44,339 nucleotides of DNA from a virus (IMGVR_UViG_2923286960_000001), one strand, 5' to 3'. Shown: positions 32,980-43,422, counted from the stretch's first letter. Notes: generated by a model from the sequence alone, not told the origin. Made by a program: numbers and translations.

Positions 32980-33305
32980 AAACCTTCCGCTGGAAAGTGA
33001 AACCCGGGATGGATGTGACATCGGCTCCTTCCGTCAGGGAGGTGCGCTTTGGTGATGGCTATTCCCAGCGTGCGCCTGCCGGGCTGAACGCTGACCTGAA
33101 AACGTACAGCGTGACGCTGTCTGTCTCCCGTGAGGAGGCCACGGCGCTGGAGTCGTTTCTGGCTGAGCACGGGGGCTGGAAGGCCTTTCTGTGGACGCCG
33201 CCTTATGGCTACAGGCAGATAAAGGTGACCTGCGCAAAATGGTCGTCGCAGGTCAGTATGTTGCGTGTTGAGTTCAGCGCAGAGTTTAAACAGGTGGTGA
33301 ACTGA
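32976..33305 (+). CDS. M: tail tip protein M
   Basis: 109 aa, lambda gpM-like. Confidence 0.9.
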   Translation: MKTFRWKVKPGMDVTSAPSVREVRFGDGYSQRAPAGLNADLKTYSVTLSVSREEATALESFLAEHGGWKAFLWTPPYGYRQIKVTCAKWSSQVSMLRVEFSAEFKQVVN

Positions 33306-34003
33306 TGCAGGATATCCGGCAGGAAACACTGAATGAATGCACCCGTGCGGAGCAGTCGGCCAGCGTGGTGCTCTGGGAAATCGATCTGACAGAGGTCGGT
33401 GGAGAACGTTATTTTTTCTGTAATGAGCAGAACGAAAAAGGTGAGCCGGTCACCTGGCAGGGGCGACAGTATCAGCCGTATCCCATTCAGGGGAGTGGTT
33501 TTGAACTGAATGGCAAAGGCACCAGTACGCGCCCCACGCTGACGGTTTCTAACCTGTACGGTATGGTCACCGGGATGGCGGAAGATCTGCAGAGTCTGGT
33601 CGGCGGAACGGTGGTCCGGCGTAAGGTTTACGCCCGTTTTCTGGATGCGGTGAACTTCGTCAACGGAAACAGTGACGCCGATCCGGAGCAGGAGGTGATC
33701 AGCCGCTGGCGCATCGAGCAGTGCAGCGAACTGAGCGCGGTCAGTGCCTCTTTTGTACTGTCCACGCCGACGGAAACGGACGGCGCTGTTTTTCCGGGAC
33801 GTATCATGCTGGCCAACACCTGCACCTGGACCTATCGCGGTGATGAGTGCGGTTATCACGGTCCGGCAGTCGCGGATGAATATGATCAGCCGACGTCCGA
33901 TATCACGAAGGATAAATGCAGCAAATGCCTGAGCGGTTGTAAGTTCCGCAATAACGTCGGCAACTTTGGCGGCTTCCTTTCCATTAACAAACTTTCGCAG
34001 TAA
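33305..34003 (+). CDS. L: tail tip protein L
   Basis: 232 aa, lambda gpL-like, Cys cluster near C-terminus. Confidence 0.9.
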   Translation: MQDIRQETLNECTRAEQSASVVLWEIDLTEVGGERYFFCNEQNEKGEPVTWQGRQYQPYPIQGSGFELNGKGTSTRPTLTVSNLYGMVTGMAEDLQSLVGGTVVRRKVYARFLDAVNFVNGNSDADPEQEVISRWRIEQCSELSAVSASFVLSTPTETDGAVFPGRIMLANTCTWTYRGDECGYHGPAVADEYDQPTSDITKDKCSKCLSGCKFRNNVGNFGGFLSINKLSQ

Positions 34004-34008
34004 ATACC

Positions 34009-34752
34009 ATGACACAGACAGAATCAGCGATTCTGGCGCACGCCCGGCGATGTGCGCCAGCGGAGTCGTGCGGCTTCGTGGTAAGCACGCCGGAGGGGGA
34101 AAGATATTTCCCCTGCGTGAATATCTCCGGTGAGCCGGAGGCGTATTTCCGTATGTCGCCGGAAGACTGGCTGCAGGCAGAAATGCAGGGTGAGATTATG
34201 GCGCTGGTCCACAGCCACCCCGGAGGTCTGCCCTGGCTGAGTGAGGCCGACCGGCGGCTGCAGGTGCAGAGTGATTTGCCGTGGTGGCTGGTCTGCCGGG
34301 GGACGATTCATAAGTTCCGCTGTGTGCCGCATCTCACCGGGCGGCGCTTTGAGCACGGGGTGACGGACTGTTACACGCTGTTCCGGGATGCTTATCATCT
34401 GGCGGGGATTGAGATGCCGGATTTTCATCGCGGGGATGACTGGTGGCGTCACGGTCAGAATCTCTATCTGGATAATCTGGAGGCCACAGGGCTGTATCAG
34501 GTGCCGTTGTCATCAGCACAACCGGGCGATGTGCTGCTGTGCTGTTTTGGTTCATCGGTGCCGAATCATGCCGCCATTTACTGTGGTGACAGCGAGCTGC
34601 TGCACCATATTCCTGAACAACTGAGCAAACGAGAGAGGTACACCGACAAATGGCAGCGACGCACACACTCCCTCTGGCGTCACCGGGAATGGCACGCATC
34701 TGCCTTTACGGGGATTTGCAACGATTTGGCCGCCGCATCGACCTTCGTGTGA
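34009..34752 (+). CDS. K: tail tip assembly protein K (MPN/JAMM plus NlpC/P60-like domains)
   Basis: 247-aa ORF with HSHPGG ... SEAD JAMM-like motif and Cys/His papain-like residues; 3' end overlaps I by 102 nt; internal Met at 34153 would give 199 aa. Confidence 0.85.
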   Translation: MTQTESAILAHARRCAPAESCGFVVSTPEGERYFPCVNISGEPEAYFRMSPEDWLQAEMQGEIMALVHSHPGGLPWLSEADRRLQVQSDLPWWLVCRGTIHKFRCVPHLTGRRFEHGVTDCYTLFRDAYHLAGIEMPDFHRGDDWWRHGQNLYLDNLEATGLYQVPLSSAQPGDVLLCCFGSSVPNHAAIYCGDSELLHHIPEQLSKRERYTDKWQRRTHSLWRHREWHASAFTGICNDLAAASTFV

Positions 34753-35321
34753 AAACGGGGGCTGAAGCCATCCGCGCACTTGCCACACAGCTCCCGGCGT
34801 TTCGTCAGAAACTGAGCGACGGCTGGTATCAGGTACGGATTGCCGGGCGGGACGTCAGCACGTCCGGGTTAACGGCGCAGTTACATGAGACTCTGCCTGA
34901 CGGCGCTGTGATTCATATTGTTCCCAGAGTCGCCGGGGCCAAGTCAGGGGGCGTATTCCAGATTGTTCTGGGGGCTGCCGCCATTGCCGGCTCATTCTTT
35001 ACTGCCGGAGCCACCCTTGCAGCATGGGGGGCAGCCATTGGGGCCGGTGGTATGACCGGTATCCTGTTTTCTCTCGGTGCCAGTATGGTGCTCGGTGGTG
35101 TGGCGCAGATGCTGGCACCGAAAGCCAGGACGCCCACGGCAGCAAGTACAGATAACGGCAAACAGAACACCTATTTCTCCTCACTGGATAACATGGTTGC
35201 CCAGGGCAATGTTCTGCCCGTTCTGTACGGTGAAATGCGCGTGGGGTCGCGGGTGGTCTCTCAGGAGATCAGCACGGCAGACGAAGGGGATGGTGGTCAG
35301 GTTGTGGTGATTGGTCGCTGA
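34650..35321 (+). CDS. I: tail tip assembly protein I
   Basis: 223 aa, lambda gpI-like, Gly/Ala-rich hydrophobic centre. Confidence 0.9.
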   Translation: MAATHTLPLASPGMARICLYGDLQRFGRRIDLRVKTGAEAIRALATQLPAFRQKLSDGWYQVRIAGRDVSTSGLTAQLHETLPDGAVIHIVPRVAGAKSGGVFQIVLGAAAIAGSFFTAGATLAAWGAAIGAGGMTGILFSLGASMVLGGVAQMLAPKARTPTAASTDNGKQNTYFSSLDNMVAQGNVLPVLYGEMRVGSRVVSQEISTADEGDGGQVVVIGR

Positions 35322-35380
35322 TGAAAAACGTTTATGTGAAACCGCCTCCGGGCGGTTTTGTCGTTTATGGAGCGTGAGGA

Positions 35381-38300
35381 ATGGGTAAAGGCAGCAGTAA
35401 GGGGCATACTCCGCGCGAAGCGAAGGACAACCTGAAGTCCACGCAGTTGCTGAGTGTGATCGATGCCATCAGCGAAGGGCCGATTGAAGGTCCGGTGGAT
35501 GGATTAAAAAGCGTGCTGCTGAACAGTACGCCAGTGCTGGACAGTGAGGGGAATACCAACATCTCCGGCGTCACGGTGGTGTTCCGGGCCGGTGAGCAGG
35601 AGCAGACACCGCCGGAGGGATTTGAATCCTCCGGCTCCGAGACGGTGCTGGGTACGGAAGTGAAATACGACACGCCGATCACCCGGACCATCACGTCGGC
35701 AAACATCGACCGTCTGCGCTTTACCTTCGGCGTGCAGGCACTGGTGGAAACCACCTCAAAGGGGGACAGGAATCCGTCGGAAGTCCGCCTGCTGGTTCAG
35801 ATACAGCGTAATGGTGGCTGGGTGACGGAAAAAGACATCACCATTAAGGGCAAAACCACCTCGCAGTATCTGGCCTCGGTGGTGGTGGGTAACCTGCCGC
35901 CGCGCCCGTTCAATATACGGATGCGCAGGATGACGCCGGACAGCACCACAGACCAGCTGCAGAACAAAACGCTCTGGTCGTCATACACCGAAATCATCGA
36001 TGTGAAACAGTGCTACCCGAACACGGCACTGGTCGGCGTGCAGGTGGACTCGGAGCAGTTCGGCAGCCAGCAGGTGAGCCGTAATTATCATCTGCGCGGG
36101 CGTATTCTGCAGGTGCCGTCGAACTATAACCCGCAGACGCGGCAATACAGCGGTATCTGGGACGGAACGTTTAAGCCAGCATACAGCAACAACATGGCCT
36201 GGTGTCTGTGGGATATGCTGACCCATCCGCGCTACGGCATGGGGAAACGTCTTGGTGCGGCGGATGTGGACAAATGGGCGCTGTATGTCATCGGCCACTA
36301 CTGCGACCAGTCGGTGCCGGACGGTTTTGGCGGCACGGAGCCGCGCATCACCTGTAATGCGTACCTGACCACACAGCGCAAGGCGTGGGATGTGCTCAGT
36401 GATTTCTGCTCGGCGATGCGCTGTATGCCGGTATGGAACGGGCAGACGCTGACGTTCGTGCAGGACCGACCGTCGGATAAGGTGTGGACCTATAACCGCA
36501 GTAATGTGGTGATGCCGGATGATGGTGCGCCGTTCCGCTACAGCTTCAGCGCCCTGAAGGACCGCCATAATGCCGTTGAGGTGAACTGGATTGACCCGAA
36601 TAACGGCTGGGAGACGGCGACAGAGCTTGTGGAGGACACGCAGGCCATTGCCCGTTACGGTCGTAGCGTCACGAAGATGGATGCTTTTGGCTGTACCAGC
36701 CGGGGGCAGGCACACCGCGCCGGGCTGTGGCTGATTAAAACTGAACTGCTGGAGACGCAGACCGTGGATTTCAGCGTGGGTGCTGAAGGGCTTCGCCATG
36801 TACCGGGCGATGTCATTGAAATCTGCGATGATGACTATGCCGGTATCAGCACCGGTGGTCGCGTGCTGGCGGTGAACAGCCAGACCCGGACGCTGACGCT
36901 CGACCGTGAAATCACGCTGCCATCCTCCGGTACCACGCTGATAAGCCTGGTTGACGGAAGTGGTAATCCGGTCAGCGTGGAGGTTCAGTCCGTCACCGAC
37001 GGACTTAAGGTGAAAGTGAACCGGGTTCCTGACGGCGTTGCAGAATACAGTGTGTGGGGGCTGAAGCTGCCGACGTTGCGTCAGCGCCTGTTCCGCTGTG
37101 TGAGTATCCGTGAGAACGATGACGGCACGTATGCCATCACTGCCGTGCAGCATGTACCGGAAAAAGAAGCCATCGTGGATAACGGGGCGCACTTTGACGG
37201 CGACCAGAGCGGCACGGTGAATGGTGTCACGCCGCCAGCGGTGCAGCACCTGACCGCCGAAGTCACCGCAGACAGCGGGGAATATCAGGTGCTGGCGCGC
37301 TGGGACACGCCGAAGGTGGTGAAGGGCGTGAGCTTCCTGCTCCGTCTGACCGTAACAGCGGATGACGGCAGTGAGCGGCTGGTCAGCACGGCCCGGACGA
37401 CGGAAACCACATACCGCTTCACGCAACTGGCGCTGGGGAACTACAGACTGACAGTCCGGGCGGTAAATGCGTGGGGGCAGCAGGGCGATCCGGCGTCGGT
37501 ATCGTTCCGGATTGCCGCACCGGCAGCACCGTCGAGGATTGAGCTGACGCCGGGCTATTTTCAGATAACCGCCACGCCGCATCTTGCGGTTTATGATCCG
37601 ACTGTACAGTTTGAGTTCTGGTTCTCGGAAAAGCGGATTGCGGATATCAGGCAGGTTGAAACCACAGCCCGCTATCTTGGCACGGCGCTGTACTGGATAG
37701 CCGCCAGTATCAATATCAAACCGGGCCATGATTATTATTTTTACGTTCGCAGTGTGAACACCGTCGGCAAATCGACATTCGTGGAGGCTGTCGGTCGGGC
37801 GAGCGATGATGCGGAAGGTTACCTGGATTTTTTCAAAGGCCAGATAACTGAATCCCATCTCGGCAAGGAGCTGCTGGAAAAAGTCGAGCTGACGGAGGAT
37901 AACGCCAGCAAACTGGAGGAGTTTTCGAAAGAGTGGAAGGACGCCAACGATAAATGGAATGCCATGTGGGGCGTCAAAATTGAGCAGACCAAAGACGGCA
38001 AACATTATGTCGCGGGTATTGGCCTCAGCATGGAGGACACGGAAGAAGGCAAGCTGAGCCAGTTTCTGGTTGCCGCTAACCGTATCGCGTTTATTGACCC
38101 GGCAAACGGGAATGAAACGCCGATGTTTGTGGCGCAGGGCAATCAGATATTTATGAACGACGTGTTCCTGAAGCGCCTGACGGCCCCGACCATTACCAGT
38201 GGTGGAAATCCACCGGCATTTTCCCTGACATCAGACGGAAAGCTGACCGCTAAAAATGCGGATATCAGTGGCAGAGTGAATGCGAACGCCGGGACGCTCA

Positions 38301-38794
38301 ACAATGTCACGGTAAATGAAAACTGTACGATTAAGGGCATGCTGGAGGCGACTCAGGTCAGAGGTGACTTCGTTAAAGCTGTATCCAAATCATTCCCGAA
38401 ACAGGCTGGTACGTGGGGTAACACGGAAACACCAAACGGGACGGTTACAGTCACCATCAGCGATGATCATAACTTTGACCGTCAAATCATTATTCCGCCC
38501 ATTATCTTTAACGGAATAGCGTATAGCGATCCGGGAAGTGGTAATAACCCGGGAGGTACAAGATACACGGGTGATGGTTTTGAAGTTCGCAAAAACGGTG
38601 TATTAATCGCATCCAGAGAAACTAAAGGGGCCATTCCCGGTAGCTACAGTGCGGTTATTGATATGCCGAGTGGCAGGGGAAGCGTCACTCTGGAGTTTAA
38701 GGTTTTCCATAAAGGCAATCAGTGGGCAGGTAATATCACCGACTGTACGGTGATTGTGACCAAAAAAGCCGCTTCCGGCATCAGTATTCGTTGA
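35381..38794 (+). CDS. J: central tail fibre / host specificity protein J
   Basis: 1137 aa, lambda gpJ-like from [20 protein letters not shown]; the C-terminal roughly 100 aa (receptor-binding part) look different from lambda J as recalled. Confidence 0.95.
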   Translation: MGKGSSKGHTPREAKDNLKSTQLLSVIDAISEGPIEGPVDGLKSVLLNSTPVLDSEGNTNISGVTVVFRAGEQEQTPPEGFESSGSETVLGTEVKYDTPITRTITSANIDRLRFTFGVQALVETTSKGDRNPSEVRLLVQIQRNGGWVTEKDITIKGKTTSQYLASVVVGNLPPRPFNIRMRRMTPDSTTDQLQNKTLWSSYTEIIDVKQCYPNTALVGVQVDSEQFGSQQVSRNYHLRGRILQVPSNYNPQTRQYSGIWDGTFKPAYSNNMAWCLWDMLTHPRYGMGKRLGAADVDKWALYVIGHYCDQSVPDGFGGTEPRITCNAYLTTQRKAWDVLSDFCSAMRCMPVWNGQTLTFVQDRPSDKVWTYNRSNVVMPDDGAPFRYSFSALKDRHNAVEVNWIDPNNGWETATELVEDTQAIARYGRSVTKMDAFGCTSRGQAHRAGLWLIKTELLETQTVDFSVGAEGLRHVPGDVIEICDDDYAGISTGGRVLAVNSQTRTLTLDREITLPSSGTTLISLVDGSGNPVSVEVQSVTDGLKVKVNRVPDGVAEYSVWGLKLPTLRQRLFRCVSIRENDDGTYAITAVQHVPEKEAIVDNGAHFDGDQSGTVNGVTPPAVQHLTAEVTADSGEYQVLARWDTPKVVKGVSFLLRLTVTADDGSERLVSTARTTETTYRFTQLALGNYRLTVRAVNAWGQQGDPASVSFRIAAPAAPSRIELTPGYFQITATPHLAVYDPTVQFEFWFSEKRIADIRQVETTARYLGTALYWIAASINIKPGHDYYFYVRSVNTVGKSTFVEAVGRASDDAEGYLDFFKGQITESHLGKELLEKVELTEDNASKLEEFSKEWKDANDKWNAMWGVKIEQTKDGKHYVAGIGLSMEDTEEGKLSQFLVAANRIAFIDPANGNETPMFVAQGNQIFMNDVFLKRLTAPTITSGGNPPAFSLTSDGKLTAKNADISGRVNANAGTLNNVTVNENCTIKGMLEATQVRGDFVKAVSKSFPKQAGTWGNTETPNGTVTVTISDDHNFDRQIIIPPIIFNGIAYSDPGSGNNPGGTRYTGDGFEVRKNGVLIASRETKGAIPGSYSAVIDMPSGRGSVTLEFKVFHKGNQWAGNITDCTVIVTKKAASGISIR

Positions 38795-38815
38795 AATTGT
38801 TATAACCCATATAAG

Positions 38816-38840
38816 GGCACCAGAAATGGTGCCTTTTTTA
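38816..38840 (+). terminator. intrinsic terminator after J
   Basis: GGCACC-agaaat-GGTGCC then TTTTTTA. Confidence 0.55.
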
Positions 38841-38863
38841 TTGCAGAAAAGCGAGAGGTAATT

Positions 38864-39463
38864 ATGCGTAAACTTTATGCCGCCATTTTGTCCGCAGCCA
38901 TTTGTCTGGCCGTATCCGGTGCGCCTGCATGGGCATCTGAACATCAGTTCACGCTGAGCGCGGGGTATCTTCATGCCCGGACCAACGTTCCCGGCAGTGA
39001 TGATCTGAACGGGATTAACGTGAAATACCGTTATGAGTTTACGGATACGCTGGGGCTGGTGACGTCATTCAGCTATGCAGGAGACAAGAATCGCCAGCTG
39101 ACCCGTTACAGCGATACCCGCTGGCATGAAGATTCCGTGCGTAACCGCTGGTTCAGCGTGATGGCGGGGCCGTCTGTGCGCGTGAATGAATGGTTCAGCG
39201 CGTATGCGATGGCGGGTATGGCTTACAGCCGTGTTTCGACTTTTTCCGGGGATTACCTTCGCGTAACTGACAACAAGGGGAAAACGCACGATGTGCTGAC
39301 CGGAAGTGATGACGGTCGCCACAGCAACACGTCTCTGGCGTGGGGGGCTGGCGTGCAGTTTAACCCGACCGAATCCGTGGCCATTGATATTGCTTATGAA
39401 GGCTCCGGCAGTGGTGACTGGCGCACTGACGGTTTCATCGTGGGTGTCGGTTATAAATTCTGA
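38864..39463 (+). CDS. lom: Lom/Ail-family outer-membrane beta-barrel protein
   Basis: 199 aa, signal peptide, C-terminal GVGYKF. Confidence 0.9.
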   Translation: MRKLYAAILSAAICLAVSGAPAWASEHQFTLSAGYLHARTNVPGSDDLNGINVKYRYEFTDTLGLVTSFSYAGDKNRQLTRYSDTRWHEDSVRNRWFSVMAGPSVRVNEWFSAYAMAGMAYSRVSTFSGDYLRVTDNKGKTHDVLTGSDDGRHSNTSLAWGAGVQFNPTESVAIDIAYEGSGSGDWRTDGFIVGVGYKF

Positions 39464-39490
39464 TTAGCCAGGTAACACAGTGTTATGACA

Positions 39491-39517
39491 GCCCGCCGGT
39501 TCAGGTGGGCTTTTTTG
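39491..39517 (+). terminator. intrinsic terminator after lom
   Basis: GC-rich hairpin GCCCGCCGG-ttcag-GTGGGC then TTTTTTG. Confidence 0.5.
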
Positions 39518-39527
39518 TGGGGGGAAT

Positions 39528-41924
39528 ATGGCAGTAAAGATTTCAGGTGTACTGAAAGACGGCACAGGAAAACCGGTACAGAACTGCTCAATCCAGCTGA
39601 AAGCAAAACGTAACAGCACCACGGTTGTGGTAAACACGGTGGCCTCAGAAAATCCGGATGAAGCCGGGCGTTACAGTATGGATGTTGAGTATGGCCAGTA
39701 CAGCGTTATCCTGCTGGTTGAAGGTTTTCCGCCTTCACATGCCGGGACCATCACCGTGTATGAAGATTCTAAGCCGGGGACGCTGAATGATTTTCTCGGT
39801 GCCATGACGGAAGATGATGTCATGCCGGAGGCATTGCGTCGTTTTGAGGAAATGGTGGAAGAAGCGGCACGCAACGCTGAAGCCGCCTCTCAGAGCGCAG
39901 CGGCGGCAAAGAAATCCGAAACTGCAGCGGCATCATCGAAGAACGCGGCGAAAACCTCAGAAACGAATGCAGCTAATAGTGCACAGGCGGCAGCGACCTC
40001 AAAGACTGCATCGGCAAACTCCGCGACAGCAGCCAAAAAATCAGAAACCAACGCGAAAAATAGCGAGACAGCCGCAAAGACGAGCGAAACCAACGCAAAG
40101 TCCAGCCAGACGGCAGCGAAAACCAGCGAAACGAATGCCAAAGCCAGTGAAACTGCGGCAAAAAACAGCCAGGTTGCAGCAGCCCAAAGCGAGAGCGCGG
40201 CAGCCGGTTCTGCGACTTCAGCAGCTGGATCAGCAACTGCTGCGGCTAACAGCCAGAAAGCTGCGAAGACGAGTGAAACTAACGCAAAGTCCAGCCAGAC
40301 GGCAGCGAAGACCAGCGAAACGAATGCCAAAGCCAGCGAAACTGCGGCGAAAAACAGTCAGGATGCAGCAGCCCAAAGCGAGAGTGCTGCAGCTGGTTCT
40401 GCAAGCGCGGCGGCTGCTTCTGCCACTGCATCAGCCAACAGTCAAAAAGCAGCAAAAACCAGTGAAACCAATGCAAAGACAAGCGAGACTGCAGCGGCGA
40501 ACTCGGCGAAAGCATCGGCAGCAAGCCAGACAGCAGCTAAAGCAAGTGAAGACGCAGCCAGAGAGTATGCAAGTCAGGCAGCAGAGCCGTATAAATATGT
40601 CTTACAGCCACTGCCTGATGTGTGGATACCGTTTAACGATTCACTGGATATGATTACGGGCTTTTCGCCGTCATATAAAAAAATTGTTATTGGTGATGAT
40701 GAAATAACGATGCCTGGCGACAAGGTTGTTAAGTTTAAACGCGCATCAACTGCCACATATATCAATAAATCAGGCGTATTTAGTGTTGCTAAAATTGATG
40801 AGCCACGATTTGAAAAAGAAGGTTTATTGATTGAAGGACAGCGCACTAACTATTTTGTTAAATCCAATACTCCCGCTGAATGGACGAGTACCAGCAATAT
40901 CGATAAAACTAATAATGGTGTTGATGAATTTGGTTTTTCATATGCCAAAATGCGAACAAAAGATAATATGACAGGACAATCATCTGCACTTAGTCTGCAT
41001 ACATGCAGTGCATCCCGGGGGATTGATGTTAGTGGCGATAATAAGTATTGCACTGTTTCATGCAGGGTTAAAGCTCCTGATGGTCTTCGTTGTCGTTTGC
41101 GTTTTGAAAAATACGATGGGTCGGTTTATACATTTTTAGGAGATGCTTATTTAACTTTCGGAACTCTGATAATAGAAAAAACTGGCGGGGCAGCCAATAG
41201 AATAGCAGCTACTGCAACTAAAGATCCGGTTACAGGGTGGATTTTCTATGAGGCAACTATAGAAGCTGTTGAAGGTGAAACCTTAATTGGCGCAATGATT
41301 CAGTATGCGCCGAAAAAAGGTGGTATAACTGAAGCGGGAGATTATATTTACCTTGCAACACCACAATTTGAAAACGGCGGATGTGCTTCATCTTTTGTTA
41401 TTACGACAACTGCACCCGCAACCCGCTCCAGTGATATGGTGACGATCCCAACTGAAAATAATATCTATAATAGACCGCTTACGTGTCTTGTCGAGGTTAA
41501 TAGAAATTGGGGCGATATTCCTCCTAATGTAGCACCGCGTATTTTTGATTTTTCTGGTGTGCCACCTATTGAGTCAATTACATACGCTTTTAACACAACT
41601 GAGAAATATTACGGTCAGCTTTATATGCAAACTTATAAAGCGTCGACAAGTACTTACGTTTCTAGTGTGTTTGCTGGTCGAACTGATGTTCGAAAATTCA
41701 TTGGTGGTTTTAATATTTATTCTGATGGTACTAAACGAGTAGTTTCTAACGGTGAGGCTACTAAAACTATGAAAACGGAGTGGACGGGCGTAAAAACACG
41801 GACCTTTATTCGAATTGGAGGTCAAGCCACATCGGGAACTCGTCATCTATTCGGCCATTTGAGAAATCTTCGTCTCTGGCATAAAGAATTAACTGATGCG
41901 CAAATGGGGGAGAGTATTAAATGA
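39528..41924 (+). CDS. stf: side tail fibre protein with internal tandem repeats and a divergent low-GC C-terminal domain
   Basis: N-terminal about 120 aa lambda Stf-like; central Ala/Ser/Thr-rich shaft with KTSETNAK repeats; C-terminal about 440 aa encoded by AT-rich DNA. Confidence 0.85.
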   Translation: MAVKISGVLKDGTGKPVQNCSIQLKAKRNSTTVVVNTVASENPDEAGRYSMDVEYGQYSVILLVEGFPPSHAGTITVYEDSKPGTLNDFLGAMTEDDVMPEALRRFEEMVEEAARNAEAASQSAAAAKKSETAAASSKNAAKTSETNAANSAQAAATSKTASANSATAAKKSETNAKNSETAAKTSETNAKSSQTAAKTSETNAKASETAAKNSQVAAAQSESAAAGSATSAAGSATAAANSQKAAKTSETNAKSSQTAAKTSETNAKASETAAKNSQDAAAQSESAAAGSASAAAASATASANSQKAAKTSETNAKTSETAAANSAKASAASQTAAKASEDAAREYASQAAEPYKYVLQPLPDVWIPFNDSLDMITGFSPSYKKIVIGDDEITMPGDKVVKFKRASTATYINKSGVFSVAKIDEPRFEKEGLLIEGQRTNYFVKSNTPAEWTSTSNIDKTNNGVDEFGFSYAKMRTKDNMTGQSSALSLHTCSASRGIDVSGDNKYCTVSCRVKAPDGLRCRLRFEKYDGSVYTFLGDAYLTFGTLIIEKTGGAANRIAATATKDPVTGWIFYEATIEAVEGETLIGAMIQYAPKKGGITEAGDYIYLATPQFENGGCASSFVITTTAPATRSSDMVTIPTENNIYNRPLTCLVEVNRNWGDIPPNVAPRIFDFSGVPPIESITYAFNTTEKYYGQLYMQTYKASTSTYVSSVFAGRTDVRKFIGGFNIYSDGTKRVVSNGEATKTMKTEWTGVKTRTFIRIGGQATSGTRHLFGHLRNLRLWHKELTDAQMGESIK
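40077..40454 (+). repeat. 2 x 189-bp in-frame tandem repeat within stf
   Basis: Unit at 40077 repeats at 40266 with few substitutions; nested 27-bp sub-repeats. Confidence 0.75.
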
Positions 41925-42202
41925 AAGATTTAACACTCAAATTTGCAGACAGGGCCGACTTTTCGGCCTTTATGGAGAGCATTGGCTATTATGATGACGA
42001 GTCGATGCAGGATGATATTCTTATTGACGTGATAGGTAATGTGTACAAAGAAACCGGAGAACTTACTGAAGATGGCGAGCCGGTATGTGTTAAGGAGGAC
42101 GGATATTTTGTAAATGTGCGCATCATTAATGATTCGCAAATATCGTCATTATTCGATGAACACGCGGTTGCTGTTGAGCATCAACTCCGTAGCTGGATGT
42201 GA
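41921..42202 (+). CDS. hypothetical acidic protein (93 aa) coupled to stf
   Basis: ATG overlaps the stf stop (ATGA); AT-rich. Confidence 0.5.
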   Translation: MKDLTLKFADRADFSAFMESIGYYDDESMQDDILIDVIGNVYKETGELTEDGEPVCVKEDGYFVNVRIINDSQISSLFDEHAVAVEHQLRSWM

Positions 42203-42211
42203 GGAAGAAAA

Positions 42212-42916
42212 ATGGCTACATCGACAGTAATTCCTGATGACATCAAAACGCTAAAGGGAGATGTCAGTAAGGCAAAGGAAGATATTTCCTCAATTAACGT
42301 AAAAGTATCAACGCTTCAGACTGATATGGACAGTGCAAAGCAGGATATCAGTACCAGATACACAAAAACAGAAGTGGATAATAAGCTGAAAAACAAAGTG
42401 GAAGTGAACGATCTGGAAAGTGGTCGTTATGGCGGAGATTTTTACCCGCTGACTGGCCGTGAAGCGTTTTATTTATGGGGATTGGGCACAACTACAGCGG
42501 CGGCAAATCTTTATCTTAATCCTGACCCTGCAATTTCGTCTGTGCTGCGGTCAACATCGTCTATCCGCTATAAACATTCAGTAGAGACGATAGATTCAGA
42601 GCACGCCGATCTCATTTTCAGGATGCGCCCTGTGTGGTACAGGTCGCAATGCGAAAATGACAGGCGTGACTGGGGATTCTATGGATTGATTGCCGAGGAA
42701 GTAGGAGAAATTGCCCCTCAGTTTGTTCACTGGCGACCAGCCAACGAAGATGATGCACCGGAAACCATTTCCAGCAATGGCCTTGTTGCCGAAGGTGTAA
42801 TGTACGAACGTCTGGTTGTTCCACTGATTCACCATATCCAGAAACTGACTGAAAGAGTTGATGAACTTGAGTCAGAATTGAAGTTGTTATCAACTTCCCA
42901 AAGCGATATCGGATAA
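42212..42916 (+). CDS. short protein with C-terminal tail-fibre intramolecular-chaperone (peptidase S74-like) domain
   Basis: GAGGAAG SD; C-terminal pattern SSIRYKHSVETID ... GLIAEEVGEIAPQFV ... YERLVVPLIHHIQKLTERVDELE resembles autocleaving chaperone domains of fibres/tailspikes. Confidence 0.65.
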   Translation: MATSTVIPDDIKTLKGDVSKAKEDISSINVKVSTLQTDMDSAKQDISTRYTKTEVDNKLKNKVEVNDLESGRYGGDFYPLTGREAFYLWGLGTTTAAANLYLNPDPAISSVLRSTSSIRYKHSVETIDSEHADLIFRMRPVWYRSQCENDRRDWGFYGLIAEEVGEIAPQFVHWRPANEDDAPETISSNGLVAEGVMYERLVVPLIHHIQKLTERVDELESELKLLSTSQSDIG

Positions 42917-42926
42917 AGGAGGAGTA

Positions 42927-43220
42927 ATGGATATAACACCTTTTCTTCATGCGCTTTGTGCTGTGGCTGCGCAGGTAATGATTGGTCTTTTTGCCGGAAA
43001 CTGGGTTTACGGGGCGATAGCCGGTTGTACGTTCTTCATTGCGCGTGAACACACCCAGGCAGAATATCGCTGGATTGAAATGTTCGGGCATGGCAAGCGG
43101 ATTAACATGCCGTGGTGGGGCGGTTTTGATCCGCGTGTTTGGGATGTGGCAAGCCTGATAGATTTTGCTGTGCCGGTGGTGGCGTGTCTGCTGGTCTGGC
43201 TGTTGGTTAATCGTGGGTGA
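42927..43220 (+). CDS. small two-TM membrane protein (97 aa)
   Basis: AGGAGG SD 6 nt upstream; two hydrophobic helices flank a Trp-rich loop. Confidence 0.55.
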   Translation: MDITPFLHALCAVAAQVMIGLFAGNWVYGAIAGCTFFIAREHTQAEYRWIEMFGHGKRINMPWWGGFDPRVWDVASLIDFAVPVVACLLVWLLVNRG

Positions 43221-43230
43221 AAAAAGGTGA

Positions 43231-43359
43231 GCTGTATATGCAACGGAGGAAGAAACCCCGTTGCTGGAAGCCTGGAAAAAGTATCGGGTGTTGCTGAACC
43301 GTGTTGATACATCAACTGCACCTGATATTGAGTGGCCTACGAACCCTGTCAGGGAGTAA
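43231..43359 (+). pseudogene. tail fibre assembly gene (tfa) 3' remnant
   Basis: In-frame [39 protein letters not shown] matches the lambda Tfa C-terminus; in-frame stop immediately upstream, no start. Confidence 0.7.
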
Positions 43360-43372
43360 TCATTGGGATTAT

Positions 43373-43422
43373 GCCGCAGCACGTCTTAAGCAAGAACGTG
43401 CTGCGGTTGGATGCTATTTTTT
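43373..43422 (+). terminator. hairpin terminator between the tfa remnant and the convergent methyltransferase
   Basis: GCCGCAGCACG-n13-CGTGCTGCGG followed by a T-run. Confidence 0.4.

Noticed and set aside
30976-33329. Several 150-190-aa minus-strand ORFs (30976-31554, 31594-32124, 32070-32588, 32572-33021, 32763-33329)
   Set aside because: All antisense to H/M, whose sense-strand products match lambda proteins; Pro/Arg/Ser-rich translations.
33209-34015. 268-aa minus-strand ORF
   Set aside because: Antisense to L; no independent support.
35981-38005. 674-aa ORF on the minus strand
   Set aside because: Entirely antisense to J, whose plus-strand translation matches lambda gpJ; GC-rich antisense frames often stay open; no SD.
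39900-40560. Possible CRISPR array
   Set aside because: The repeats are in-frame coding tandem duplications (189 bp and 27 bp) with no unique spacers of uniform size and no cas genes.
39814-40653. 279-aa plus-strand ORF and 146-aa minus-strand ORF inside stf
   Set aside because: Alternative frames of the Ala/Ser/Thr repeat tract give long Arg/Lys/Pro- or Ala-rich ORFs; by-product of low-complexity repeats.
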